Assembly (NCBI RefSeq): GCF_006345805.1
Contig: NC_043002.1
Coordinates: 29,946,001 to 30,010,000, forward strand
Length of the DNA: 64,000 bases
Direction: 5' to 3'
Origin: Octopus sinensis
Taxonomy: Eukaryota
Shown piece after piece: positions 40,456-54,674 of this stretch. The translations under genes were made by a program, and so were the position numbers. Below the pieces are notes generated by a model. The model made no database searches. It had not been told where the DNA came from and saw only the letters and a program-made list of their open reading frames with translations. The stretch's first letter is position 1, and each line of letters opens with the position of its first letter.

Positions 40456-40830
40456 TACTCTATTTCTCTCTTATTTGTTTCAGCCATTTGACTGTGGCTA
40501 TGCTGGAGCACCGCCTTTTGTCGAACAAATCGACCCCAGGACTTATTCTTTGTAAGCCTAATGGTTATTCTAGCCATTTCTTTTGGCGAACCGCTAAGTT
40601 ACGGGGACGTAAACATGCCAGCATCGGTTGTCAAGCGATGGTGGGGGGACAAACACACACACACACACACACACGCACACACACATTTGTTTCCGTCGAC
40701 TAAATCCACTCACAAGGCTTTGGTTGGCTCGAGGCTTCAGAAGAAGACACTTGTCTACGTTGTCACGCAGTAGGACTGAACCCGGAACCATGTTGTTAGT
40801 AAGCAAGTTATTTACCACACAGCCACTCCT
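40456..40830 (-). mobile_element. SINE family A, near full length
   Basis: Homology to 4818-5231. Confidence 0.9.
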
Positions 40831-41650
40831 ACACACACACGTTTATATATATATATTATATATATATATATATATATACATACAGATAGTATGTATATAA
40901 ATATATACATATACACGTATGTGAGCGTGCGTGCGCCAGTGTGTGAGTGCTTGCTTGTGAGTGTGTCTCTATATTGGTTAATATTTCTGGATGTTTTACG
41001 TTGTGTCAGAATATAAAACAATTTCCATGTGGAAAAGATGATGAATTTTGAGGGGCAATCTGGTCAAACTTAGCGTGTTCTGACCCATATGTAGGAAAGT
41101 TACTATAATTGTTTTCTCTATTTAAATTACTTACTTTGACAATTCAGAGTTTTATATAATATTATATATATTCTGTATTTTATATATATATATTTTTTCA
41201 ATACGTTAGTTGTATATTATCAATGAATTTTTCTTTGGAGTACTTATAAAATAAAACTATAGTTACCTCAAGACCTACTATCAGATAACGAAAAAAAAAT
41301 GCTTCAGAAGCTTACAATTTAAAAAAAAAAATTATATCTTTATATCCAAAACGGTTATCATATATACATAACCCACATGGATCAACACTGCAATAGTAAA
41401 GAGTAGTTTTTTAAAGCACTAAACAGAGTCACAAAATAATGTAATAAATGAAAGAGAACGGAACAGCTAAGTGAACGATCAACAGATTAAAATATCTGAA
41501 ACTCTCAAACAACTAATTACAAAGAGAGTAATAGTAATGACCAATAACAGTACTGGTGATTCTTATATGATGTCGAACACTAATATCTTTATATAAATGT
41601 TCAATTACGCTTAGTAGTGCATAAATATTTTGTAATATATTACGAGCCAT

Positions 41651-41860
41651 TAATACGGTGAGCTGGCAGTATCGTTAGCACACCGGTTTAAGTGCTAGGC
41701 AGCATTCCTTCTGTTTTTATGTTCTGCGTTCAAATTCCTTCAGGTAAACTTTGCTTTCATCCTTTTGGGATCAATAAAATAAGTACCTGTTGAGCAGTTA
41801 ATCGACTTACCCCATCCCCCCACTCCACACAAAAAATAATTGTTGGCCTTGTGTCAAGGC
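41651..41860 (+). mobile_element. SINE family B, old monomer
   Basis: Head ggtgagctggcagtatcgttagc and core. Confidence 0.75.
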
Positions 41861-42439
41861 TACTCAATATGGTGCCAGCTTTCTTCAGGACTGATTTGTA
41901 ACCAGCTGATCTATGCCTCGATCTTGGAAGGAAGCGGTGGACGTGTTCTCTGAGGAGCTGTCACCAAACTATGGGACGGTCCGTCGGGAGACACGTCCTT
42001 TCTTCTTCCTACACATGGGTATTTTAGAAAGAATGCGTTTTCTTTCTTATCTACCTGTATTGAGGTTCTATGATATTTACTTTTATTTCAGATTCTTTAA
42101 TTTACACTGTGTGGGCTTAAATACAGGAGTTGTGTCAAAAAGAATGTTCCCTTAGTATAAACTAGACAAACAGAATCTTTAAAAATTATGGAACTATCAG
42201 CTCTTCATTCAAAACTGAAAACTCACCAATAATATAGGCTGAAATAATCAGATAAAACACCGCTCATATATTTGAGTCCCCGTAAATAGATCAAAGAAAC
42301 TCAAGAGTGATGATAAGCGATTTGCATTCATAGTTAATTTATATAGGTCTATAAATTAAGTATCAGTGAAACACTGGTGTCGATGTAATCGAATTGCCCC
42401 CTCCCCCCAAATTTCAGGCCTTGTGACTGTAACATAAAG

Positions 42440-42496
<57 letters not shown>

Positions 42497-42499
<3 letters not shown>

Positions 42500-42757
42500 G
42501 GAAATATAAAAGGAGAAAGGAGCTCTCTACCCAACTTTTGACCAGGCTCCCGTGGCTTTTATGGGTTTTTCCACGAGTAACCTTTCAAAGCGCCTCCCCC
42601 TATTAGGAGCTTTAATTGTTACTTATTTTTCGTTGTCATCCTGCTTTTGTACACGGACTTTTTCAAACGGACAAAACCCTTTGTAACTTTCGTCCTGTGT
42701 TTTGTCCCTTTATGTTTTGATTCTTGTTAGCCCTTGTGGCCAATAAACGAACGAATT
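42497..42757 (+). mobile_element. Probable 3' UTR fragment of a LINE (possibly Tx1/L1-like) inserted in (TTA)n/(CAT)n
   Basis: Unique sequence bounded by microsatellites and ending gcccttgtggccaataaacgaacgaa. No coding motif was seen. Confidence 0.4.
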
Positions 42758-42795
<38 letters not shown>

Positions 42796-42807
42796 TATTA
42801 TTATTAT

Positions 42808-43024
42808 TAAGACAGCGAGCTGGCAGAGTCTTTAACACGCCGGGCAAAATGCTTGGCGGCATTTCGTCCGTCTTTACGTTCTGAGTTCAAATTCCGCCGA
42901 GGTACACTTTGCATTTCATCCTCTCTGGGTGGCCAAAGTAAATACCAGTTGAACATTGGGGATCGATGTATTCGACTCATCCACTCTCCCGACATTTCTG
43001 GCCTTGTGCCAAAATTTGAAACCA
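42808..43024 (+). mobile_element. SINE family B, monomer
   Basis: taagacagcgagctggcag..gttcaaattccgccgagg..gccttgtgccaaaatttgaaacca. Confidence 0.85.
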
Positions 43025-43264
43025 TTATAATTATTATTATCATTATTATCATTGTTGTTGTTGTTCACTTCCTCTTCTTCAATGTCTTCTAAAAATCTCC
43101 AACAGCAACGATACCACTGTCGCATCCACCATCACGCAATTACCAACAATATTTTCACTGCAACTACCACTTCTACTGCTACGGCAAACACCACCACAAC
43201 CACCACCATCACCGCCACCACCACCACCACCACCACCACCAACACCACCACCACCACCACCACC

Positions 43265-43308
<44 letters not shown>

Positions 43309-43528
43309 CACCATCATCATCACCATCACCACTAACTCCAACGCACGACTGTTACTGTTGGTGAAAGTTTCTAATAAATTATGAAGACAATGTCGATTGT
43401 CTAATGTTTCCTATTTTATAGTCAGACAATTCAACTAGGTTTTAATTTTATTGCTATTTATGATGTTGATGTCCGCAGTACAGCTAGTTTAATTGTATGT
43501 ATGCGTGTATGTAGGTATGCATGTAAGC

Positions 43529-43564
<36 letters not shown>

Positions 43565-43582
43565 AGTGAATTTGTAAATGTG

Positions 43583-43621
<39 letters not shown>

Positions 43622-43893
43622 TTATATATATGTATATATATATACATGTATATATACATATCTACATGTATATATATATGTATGTATATATATATACATA
43701 CATATATATATATGTATTATATATGTATATGTATATATATTATATATATAACATATACACACACATGTATACACACTTATACATACATACATACATACAT
43801 AAATATATATATATATATATATATATATTGTGTACATGCATCTATATGAATATGCATATATGTGAAAATATATACTTTTATAAGTACATTTAT

Positions 43894-43976
<83 letters not shown>

Positions 43977-44362
43977 CATACTCATTTACTTATATATGTA
44001 TGCTATAAATATGTGCTTGTATGTGTTCGTGTATGTGCGTGCGTGTATGTGCGCGTGTGTGTGCGTGCACATTGACACACACACAGCGATACGAAATGTG
44101 AGAAGTCACAGTTTACACCGAATTCTTTATACTACGTTCCTATGCTGAATAAGATATGTTTATATTGGGTGGTATATTGGGATATGTAATTTGTGTGTGA
44201 GCGCAGGTGTGTGGATTTTGCCGCCTGTTCTCTTCCAAGAAAGAACATACACACATACACTTATCAAAATATATATATATACATATATATGTATATATTT
44301 ACATATATATTATATATATACATATATATACACACAAACACACACACACACACACATATATA

Positions 44363-44405
<43 letters not shown>

Positions 44406-44678
44406 ATATACATAGACAACCTTACTAACATACTGGCATATGCATGAACGCCATCATGTAGGTAAATCAAATATACACCCCCAAATGATACACTTCCAAA
44501 CACACGCACACATAGAACCATACGCTTGATATACCAATACATCCATGTGTAAACACAGGCACACAGATATATATATATATACAAATATATCTCTATCTAT
44601 ATCTATCTATATATCTATCTATCTATCTATATGTCTATCTATCTACCTTACTATCTATCTATCTATATATATATATAT

Positions 44679-44716
<38 letters not shown>

Positions 44717-44725
44717 ATATATATA

Positions 44726-44824
<99 letters not shown>

Positions 44825-46109
44825 ACGTATATATTTATATTAATATGTATATATTTGAATATATATACATACACATATATTTATATATATATACGTATAT
44901 ATACATACATACATACACATACTTTCTCTCTCTCTCACACACACACGCACACATGTCTGTATGTGTGTGTGTGTACTTATATATATATATATATGCATAT
45001 ATGCGTCACACATACCACAAATACTCTTACATACATCACAAATGTTTATTCACTTGATGTTTTTCTCTGTAGATTCTGTTTAACATAAGGTAATGTCAGG
45101 ATAAATCTAAGACAATAAAATTCTGTGACGTCCGGCCATTCTCACCAACCTTATTTCCTCGTATCACACTCTACATCGACGCTATCTTTTCTTTTTGTTT
45201 TTTGGCTTTTTCAATTTCACAGCGCCACACCATGCCACACTACTCATCCACCACGCCAACAACAACCACATGCATTACGCATCTACTGCAGTACTATATA
45301 AAGATATAGTTTTCAATTCAGTAGTTACAAGCGATGAGCTCGTAAACCTTGTCGTTTTCCAAATGAAGAGGCATACTCCCAAAGCAACAACTGGCTGGTT
45401 GTAATGTGCTGAAAGCTACTTGTTCCTTACACGAATATTTTAAGTTTATGATAGATGTTCCCCTTTACTTTCGACTAACCCTTAAAGAAGATTACAGGTG
45501 AAAGAAAAAAAAAAGAAGTATAATGCTTCAATCAAGCATGAAACGTAATATATACATGCAAAAAAATACACATATACATGGATATGCTTCTGCGCACATT
45601 CACAAATATATATATGTATATGTGTGAATACATATATCTGTGTATATGTATATGAACATGTGTGTATACTTATATATCTATATGTGTATGTACTATACAT
45701 ATATATCTATATGTATATATACATATCTATATCTTAGCTTCATTTGCCATCAGGCAACTAAAGTAGAACATAAAATGAAGATTTTAATATATTTGAATCT
45801 ATCTTCGCTATTGTTTCCTCGTCATCAAACGTTTTATTATTATACTTGGAAGTTTTCAAAAATATTCACCTTAACGTAACATATTCACACACATATTCAT
45901 TTAACCAAATGTATATATACACACATGTTTATATACTGAAATTTCTTAAAAGAATTTTTATATGATGAAGTGAGTTTCACAGAAATATGAAGTAAATATT
46001 TTCCTTACATAATAATTATGTAATTATCATTGAAATACGTGTAAAGATGCCATAAGTAAATAAATTCGCTCTATACTATCTTGTCTTGTTCAGGTTATCT
46101 TGACAGTAT

Positions 46110-46900
46110 AGAAACTTGCAAGCCTATATCATAGAATGTCGTTGTTGAACATTTCAAACGACATTACTGACCACAGCAGTCCCTGAATCTCAAGTGTATC
46201 TGAAGATGAGAGCAGAAATAAGTTTTCCTGAGATGTTGTTCAAGAGTTTCTTTATTCACTGCAACTCTGAACGTTTCTTGGCAAACGGGAAGAAATGTCT
46301 GAAGAACTGAACTCGGGTCTTCATTATACTTCATCTCCTTCTCGCAGATTCTTCTTTACTGAGTGGACTGTGTCTCGCTTTCAGGTCTTTTCAAAGCTTT
46401 TTCAGTCCTTGCTTGTCAAAATTTGCTGTAGTTTCATTCTATTTTGGAGATAACTTTTCTTCGTCCTGATGTTATACACAGCTCTCGTTGGCATCTGGAT
46501 TTTTGAGGAAAAGTTTTTTATTTTTATCGAGGCAATTTTACCCCACAAGCATTCCTACTGACTGCATACACAATATCACCAGATGTGGATAGTTTGTGTT
46601 CTTGGATACTTCTACCTACCTGCTCATTCAGCTTTACGACTGTCATGAGATCTATTTTCTCCCACTCCCCTTTTTCATTGGTTGGGGGCAATTTGAGATT
46701 CTTGCTTTTGGAATAAAGGGCCTGTGTAAACTGAATCAACAGCACAGATATCCTTAGCATTGTGGTGAGTCCTGACTTGGTTTTCAGACTTTATATTTGC
46801 CACAATATTGTACTGCTGCTCATTCATTAGAGTCTTTATAGAGTAGTTTTATTGTCCTGCGAATCTTCATGCCATGTTCAGAAAAGAATTTCATTCCTCA
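46110..46900 (-). pseudogene. Decayed pre-RT region of a HERO-like RLE non-LTR retrotransposon
   Basis: LKLPPTNEKGEWEKID..GDIVYAV..GV..KSRCQRE..DLKARHSPLSKEESARRR..FFRHFFPFAK..SGKL. Confidence 0.55.
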
Positions 46901-47840
46901 AATACACGGAACTACAATCTGTTCTTTACTTACACATGATCCAGTTGTAATTGGAGTGGTGCTGATATATTCACCGAGGATGTGTTACATAGAGTGTGTG
47001 AATAAAGGACGCTTCAAGTTGAACATGCAAAAGATTAAAATGTCTACTCACCAGAAGGTGATGTAACTTGCAATTGCACCTAAACAAGGTGAAAATAAAT
47101 CCCTCCAGCCTTGCTTGCACGGGTGCCGCTTATGACATAGTTTCAGACACCATTTAAAACCAAAAACCTATTCTGACTCTTCCAATAAACGTATTGTTTT
47201 ATTTTTTAAAAGATTAAATTTTTGTGGGTTTGTGTTTGAATAAAAGTGCTTGGCCTGAAGGGAACTCTCTGGGATTGTAACGTTAGGGAAAACAAACAGA
47301 TTGAAACACTTTGAGCTTGGTTGTTGAGATTCAGTAATTACTACTGTAGAGTAAGTAGCGAGTAAGTGTATGTAGGTGGGGAAAAGGCACGGAGTTGACT
47401 AGTTCAGAAGAACAGCGGCCGTGATGGTAGCAACAGAATTCAAAGAAAGGGAAAGTACAGACACATAAGTCACAGGGGTCAGGGTGTTGGTAGCTGAAAC
47501 ATTGATAATCAACAGTATGGTAGTATTTTAGATGTCATCTAAGTTAGATAGTATGTGTATGAGAGAGAGAGAGAGAAAGAGAGAGGGGTGGGGGTATAGT
47601 GTACGCATGTGTGTATGTGTTTGTGTGTGAATGTGTGTGCGCATGATTGCTGCAGCGTTACCTATCGCTCCAGGTCTGTGAGTAATATACAATTGTGTTT
47701 TAAGAGGTCCTGAAAGAGAAATATGGGTAGACCTGAACTTAGATTAAATAGTCTTTAACTCATTTCCGGTAGTCCGACAAGTAAATTTTTTGTTTGTTTT
47801 TACTTGTTTACACACACACACACACACAAACATATATATA

Positions 47841-48058
47841 TATAAATATTCTATAATTATAAACATAATTATAATTAGGGGTCAGCTTCACCACATACCG
47901 AATTTAGAAATAGTTGTGGCGAAGCAATTAGCTCATATCTAATTATGATTATGTTTATAATTATAGAATATTTGTATAATATTAACTATAAAGGTTATCT
48001 TAACGTACCGATCCATTTGGTAAAATTATTAATTAATTTAATTGATTAATTTTACCCT
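47841..48058. repeat. AT-rich nested hairpin repeat related to 17855-18070
   Basis: tataaatattctataattataaacataatt pairs with aattatgattatgtttataattatagaatatttgtata. The motifs ccacatac(c/t)gaa..ttagaaatag and ggtaaaatt..aattaat are shared with 17855-18070. Confidence 0.7.
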
Positions 48059-48081
48059 ATTATTATTATTATTATTATTAA

Positions 48082-48117
<36 letters not shown>

Positions 48118-48133
48118 GTATATATATATATAT

Positions 48134-48168
<35 letters not shown>

Positions 48169-48217
48169 AATATGTGCTCACATAAGTGTCAAGGGGGTAC
48201 GGACGTCGCCAAATATT

Positions 48218-48351
48218 TTATTATTATATGTAGAAAAATACAAACTGGAAAAAGAACGCAAAACACTTAGAAGACGATCGTCCGTGTTTTTTTGTATCGT
48301 CTTCTAAGTGTTTTGCGTTCTTGTCCCAGTTTGTATTTTTCTACATATAAT

Positions 48352-48356
<5 letters not shown>
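48218..48356. repeat. Near-perfect foldback with arms of about 60 bp, next to (TA)n
   Basis: tatgtagaaaaatacaaactgg..cacttagaagacgat pairs with atcgtcttctaagtg..ccagtttgtatttttctacata. Confidence 0.9.
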
Positions 48357-48394
<38 letters not shown>

Positions 48395-49704
48395 ACTTCA
48401 CATATGTTAGTGTATATTTCGGTCTGCCATAAACGAAGGCAATCCTTTCTTTCTATGCTTAAAAAGAAAATATCAAAATATTAGAAAATGCAACAAAGTA
48501 AGAAATTTCCAGTATTATGGATTCTAGCACTCAAATCCGTGGATAAGAATTATTTGTATCACAAATAAAACACCCATATAATATAATTTACCTGTTATGT
48601 AGGTGATAATGTTTTGCATATTTTTTTCATTGGTGAAATAAAACCACGTTGGTTGAAGACTTGGTTTAAAAAACAAAAAAAGCTATGAATTAGAGTTATA
48701 CATATCTGCATTATATTCATTAAATTGTCAGTAGATTGAGGGAGATGCAAGTGATAGACAGGAAGAAACAAGGTCCACACAAAGAGGAACCGATGCCACT
48801 GAGGGAGATAGAGGGGATCACTAAATGAAATGAAGAGTCTAAGAAACTGCTCGAGCTCTCGAAATGTGTAGCAGGTACCGTGGATGAATATACGTCAGTA
48901 AGGGCTGAGGAAATTGCACAAGACTTGTGATAGATGCCGGAGCTAATAACAGAATAGTATGAGCAGTATGGTAGGAGTTGCAGGATTGATATAGGTAAAT
49001 GAAGGAGTAACTGAGAAAAGAAAAAGATCCACAGAGAAAACTCCAGGAGTCACTGGAAGAATTGAAGGAGTGGGTGTCAGGAATCACCGAGGAAACTGCA
49101 AGGTTGCCAAGTTAAGAAGAAAGGCTCGAATTACGCCCTATTATTTTAAAAAGAAAATGATACATGGTCGTGAGTATTGACTGCATGAAACAAAGGTGAA
49201 AGCCATGGCTCAGAATGTCATTGATCATTGGGCTTCTCAATCAGGATTGACCTGGGGTTAAATAACACTAACAGCAATAATTCTCACTTCAACAAAAGAC
49301 AACGATGACGTAAACTATGATCTATGTTCTACTCAAAACTCCACAAAACTTATAGGAAATTATTGAAATAATAACTGTCGTCGTAAATCTAGAATATTTC
49401 AGTCTAGACAGGTATATATTGGTGCGTATGTATTTATATGTGTGTGTCTGGGTGTTTCTATATGTGCTTGTATGTGCGTTTGAATGTAGGTGTGTATGTA
49501 GGTGTTTGCGCTTTTTTATGTAGGTGGTTGTATGTATGTGTGAAGAAATGTGCGTGTGTTTATATCTATACAAATGCATCAAGAAATGAATACATGCTTG
49601 CGTGTGCGTGCATGAATGTCCGTATATGCGCAAATGTGTCATCGTATTGTATTATGAGCATCATGAATGTGTATGCAAGTATGCATGTATTACAGTTAGT
49701 GTGT

Positions 49705-49741
<37 letters not shown>

Positions 49742-49859
49742 CGTGCGTGTGCGTATGTACGTGTATAAATACTCAATAGCAGTTGATTATTCTTTTTTTA
49801 TCTCATTCTTTATGACAAAAAGACAAATCACAGTATCATAAACTGGTGGGATTACATTG

Positions 49860-49888
49860 TAGTAATAGTGGTAGTAGTGGTAGTGGTT

Positions 49889-49920
<32 letters not shown>

Positions 49921-49956
49921 TGTTGTTGTAGTAGTAGCAGCAGTAGTAGCAGCAGC

Positions 49957-50012
<56 letters not shown>

Positions 50013-50082
50013 CGGCAGCAGCTTCTGCAGGAATAGTAGTAGCAGCGCCACCACCACCAGCAGCATTAGTAGCAGCAGCACC

Positions 50083-50164
<82 letters not shown>

Positions 50165-50235
50165 ATAGTAGTAGTAGTAGTAGTAGTAGTAGTAATAGTA
50201 GTAGTAGTAGTAGTAGTAGTTTAGGAAGTAGCAAT
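49860..50235. repeat. (TAG)n/(CAG)n compound array
   Basis: Direct reading of the sequence. Confidence 0.95.
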
Positions 50236-51242
50236 AGCTATAGTAGTAGCTGTGTAAAAGTCGTAGGTGATAGTTGTGGTGGTGGTAATGGTAGCGGTGA
50301 TGGTGATGGTGGTGGTGGTAGTGGTGGTGGTGTTAGGTATCTTTACAAAAAAAGTTACACATCTACCCTAACTATGCTCAACTGCTGTGAACAACGACAA
50401 AAGCAACTTATTGCTCTTACCACAATCATCACAACCTCCACCACCACCACCACCACCATAACAACAACATCAACAACAACAATCACTACGATGACAACAA
50501 CAAAAACAAAAACAACTTCTGGTGCCAAATAATTAAAACTAACAAAACACACACACATAAAAAGCAACTAAATCAGAAAGAAATATAAAGAAAACAACAC
50601 TACCAGACAAAACGTTTTCTATCGCCATGTCACCTAACACATTCTGGACATATTTTGTGATATGGAGAAGCCATGTTAAGTTATAAGACATTATCACAAG
50701 GTTTCTGCATAAACTTACTAGTTCTTTGTACAACTGTATATAATTTCTGATTTCCTAATCTCATATATTTTTGTTGCTTTTACTTCCTTTTAAATTTTGT
50801 ATTCCAGTTATCTTTTCTTCTCGTATTATTTTGATATACGCTATGTTATATGCCCTCCCCCCGCCCTAAAAAGATAGGGAAGGATTTTTTAAGCTATCCG
50901 CTTATCCGTCTTGATGTTCGCTGTATACTTTACATAATCTGACCACACACACACACACGCTCGCACACGCACACACACACACAATCACACACACACACAC
51001 ACAGTATATATATTATATATATATATACATATATTATATACATATATATATATATATATACATATATATATACATATATATATACATATATACATACATA
51101 TATACATATATATATATATACATATATTATATACATACATATATACATATATATATATACATATATATATACATACATATATACGTATATATATACATAT
51201 ATATATATATACATATACATATATATACATACATATATATAT

Positions 51243-51375
<133 letters not shown>

Positions 51376-51801
51376 TACACAAGCACATGCATGCTAACAC
51401 ACGTACACGGATATATATGTATGTCAGCTTGGCAGATTATGTTTTATATGAGTTTTAATGTATACATAACTCAACATAGTTTCATAAATGTATCATAAAC
51501 GTGAGTAAGTGTGCACGTGTACACGTATGTATGTATGTGTGTGTTTGAGTGCGTGTTTGTAGGTGAGTTTGTTTATGGAGGATGTGTGTCTGTTCGAATC
51601 CTAGGATGTCAGAGAATATGACATCATGGGTAATTATGAACGCAAAGTATTTTAACGTTAACAAACTTTTATATACGAACATGAAATGCTGCTGCTGCTG
51701 TTACTACTACTACTACTACTACTCACACTACTACTGCAAATTACCACCACCACTCCTGTCATCATCACCACTATCACCAACTGCTACTAACGCTTCTTCT
51801 T

Positions 51802-51844
<43 letters not shown>

Positions 51845-52322
51845 CTGTACCAGACGGAGTGATTAAAATATTAAGGCAGAACAATGGAAATAGTTATTAA
51901 AAACAATGGTTACTAAAACACATATCCCCTTCCATATGGCCACGTTCCATTTGTAACGGTTTATGTTCTTTTATATACAATTGCAGGTGTTTCAGAAATA
52001 CATTGTGCAGTAATATGTAACTGACTGTAATGGGCCTCAGTCGGTTTTGACGATAAGGATTTTTTTTTTTTTTAACTCGATTACCTGTTCATAGAACTGG
52101 CATGTGAGTATTCCACACAGACGTGCACCCTTCGTAGAGAGTGTGATAAGTTCTGGTCTTTGATATACAAGCACAATTCCCCGACTGTATTCTGCAGAAT
52201 TTTCGTCAACACAATTTCACTCTCAAGGCTTGGGTTGATCCAAAATGAAGGTGAATTATTCGAGGATATGATGCAGTCAGCTTAAACCAGGGTCCTGTTG
52301 ATTGTGAAGAGAATTTATAAAT

Positions 52323-52538
52323 TGGTTTCAAAGTTTGGTACAAGACCAACAATTTCGGTGGAAGGGTTAAGTCAATTAGTGCGACTCCAGTACATAGCTA
52401 GTACTTATTTTATCGACCCCCAAAAGAATGAAAGACTAAGTTGACCTCGGTGGAATTTGAACACCGAACGTAAATACGGTTGAAATGTCAGTAAGCATTT
52501 TGCCCGGCGTGCTAACGAATCTGCCAGCTCGCCGCCTC
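52323..52538 (-). mobile_element. SINE family B, monomer
   Basis: Minus-strand head gaggcggcgagctggcagattcgttagc. Confidence 0.85.
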
Positions 52539-52555
52539 ATCAAAATTTACAAACT

Positions 52556-52900
52556 AATAACACTTTAGTACAAAGAAACAAGAAACAAAATGATAAGAAA
52601 GATAAAGAAAGTAAAGACAAAGGAAGAGGTAAAGCAGCAGAAGACGTAGTGGGAGGGAGCTATGGACCACACACCCCTCAACAAATAGTGTGCTCAGCCA
52701 CCACCCGCGGTAATGACAGGTATGGCGTTGCTGCGGAGAACGGCCTGCGACACTCGCTACAGCAGCCACTTCACCTCGCGTGGTTCATTTCTTTGAAGGG
52801 CCGCCGTTATCCATATTTTGTGGTGGAAATCTGTAATAAGGACTCCTAGAACACCTGACAACCCGATGGCAACCAGTACAAACTGATAGCGGCCGGCCAA
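52556..52900 (-). pseudogene. 3' end of a CRE-like non-LTR retrotransposon (RLE C-terminus and 3' UTR)
   Basis: GVLG..EPREVKWLL*RVSQAVLRSNAI resembles the CRE-clade terminus E..WL.QR.S.A..RGNA. Confidence 0.6.
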
Positions 52901-52988
52901 GCTTCAACATTTATTGATTTTTCTCTCCTCTGCCTACATTATACTGAACTACAAAACACTCCTTTTTATATATATATTTAAAAGATGG

Positions 52989-53149
52989 GGAATTATGTAC
53001 ATTATTTACATTATTTACAATGACGGATATTTGTCTTCATCTTTTTTTTCGTTAACACAACGTTTCGGCTGATATACCCTCCAGTTTTCATCAGAGGTCT
53101 TGGGGAAACTTCGAACCTGGGTTCTCGTTCCTAAGGTATTTTTCGATGT

Positions 53150-53150
<1 letters not shown>
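52989..53150 (-). mobile_element. Family H1 HHR tail, with the ribozyme at 53054-53099
   Basis: Minus strand reads CTGATGA-aaactggagggtatatcagcc-GAAACGTT-GTGTT. Homologous to 2351-2520. Confidence 0.85.
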
Positions 53151-53190
<40 letters not shown>

Positions 53191-53246
53191 TAATAATAAT
53201 AATGATATTTTATAGGATTGAGGTAACTCCTCCTGTAGGTATACAG

Positions 53247-53533
53247 AAGCAAAAATAATTAAAAAAAATCGAAGGGTGCCATTGTTATCAAGTGAACGAT
53301 AGATACTTCGGCATCTAGCGTGCCTTCAACAGGTTAAAGAAATAAACTTGTCAATTTACTTCATTTTTGGTAATATTTTATAGGATTTTATAGGATTGAG
53401 ATACCCAATCCTATAAAATATTACCGAAGTGAATTAGATTGACATGTTTAGTCTTTGAACCTGTGGAAGGCACGCTAGATGCCGAAATATCGTTCACTTG
53501 ATAACAATGGCACTCTTCTTTTTCTTTTGCTTT
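53247..53533. mobile_element. Foldback H6 with HHR-like motifs in both arms
   Basis: gggtgccattgttatcaagtgaacgat..gcgtgccttc pairs with gaaggcacgc..atcgttcacttgataacaatggcactc. Confidence 0.85.
53457..53495 (+). ncRNA. Minimal type I HHR variant (CUGUGGA core)
   Basis: GAAC-CTGTGGA-A-GGCA(cgctaga)TGCC-GAAAT-ATC-GTTC, with a palindromic ATAT stem III. Confidence 0.65.
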
Positions 53534-54639
53534 AATAATAATAATTATAACAACAACAACAACAATAATAATAGTAGAAGTACGGAACTGAGTAAATAGA
53601 TATGCGATTTGTGTAAAAGATTAGAAACAGGAAGAAGAAAATTAGAGGAAATAAAAAACAAGGAATGTAATATTCAATGCATCACACATTCTATATGACG
53701 GCAAGACTTGCTTTGTGAGCAACTTTTCTGCTATTCTTAGTTAATAAAATCATACAGGTGCCATCATTGTTTCAGGCACAGTGAATAGCTTTTACGTATG
53801 AAACTGCAACGAACGAACCCCGGCACCTGCCGTTGTATTAAAGACTGTAGAAAGCTTGTTCTGGAAATTAGAAGAATGACCCTGTTGGAGTTGTCACACT
53901 TCACCTCTATTCACATTTATACATGAAATGATTTGATTTTATGAATTCTTTTCGTCGATATATGTTCTGCAGCTTTATCGCAGATCTGAGTCGACTATAT
54001 TTCCCGTAATACAGAGCAGATCTACATAATGTCTCATATAAAACTTCTCGCGTGTTTAGCTAGAAAAGGACCGAGTAATAAAGAAGACCGAATGCACAAA
54101 TGCCACGCAGTAAGTGTATAACTTAAGGAAAACTCCATAGAATCTACTGGAAAATACAGGAAACAATATACGAAAAAAGAGACAGATAGGTCTACTTCAC
54201 ATTTTCAACAGAAATGATTGCACAGACATCATATGAAGATGTAGAAGTTAAGAAATATAGAAATATATATATAGTATAGGACGTTGCTCCTTTTGTGTGT
54301 TTTGTGATAAGAAGATCAATAAATGTAGTAAACAAACGGTTGTCAAAATTTATTTTGACATATCAAAAAACAGATAAATATATATAAATTCAAGAATATT
54401 TATTGAACTCTCAGATTCCATTCTTGATTTACAATAGATAATTGTAAGTATGATAGCGGAATGTGAATAAATAACTTGATTCGTTTTGAATTTCTTCCTT
54501 ACTTAAAGTAGGCTTTGCTATATAAATACAGCAATCAATATCAACACCGTTACAGAAAAGCTTTACTCAAAATCAGCAATCTCCTAACAACAATCTCTCC
54601 TCCTCTCCTTCATTTCATCTCTGTCTCTGTCTGTATCTG

Positions 54640-54674
<35 letters not shown>

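Noticed and set aside
49846-50532. 228-aa Ser-rich ORF
   Set aside because: It is a (TAG)n array.
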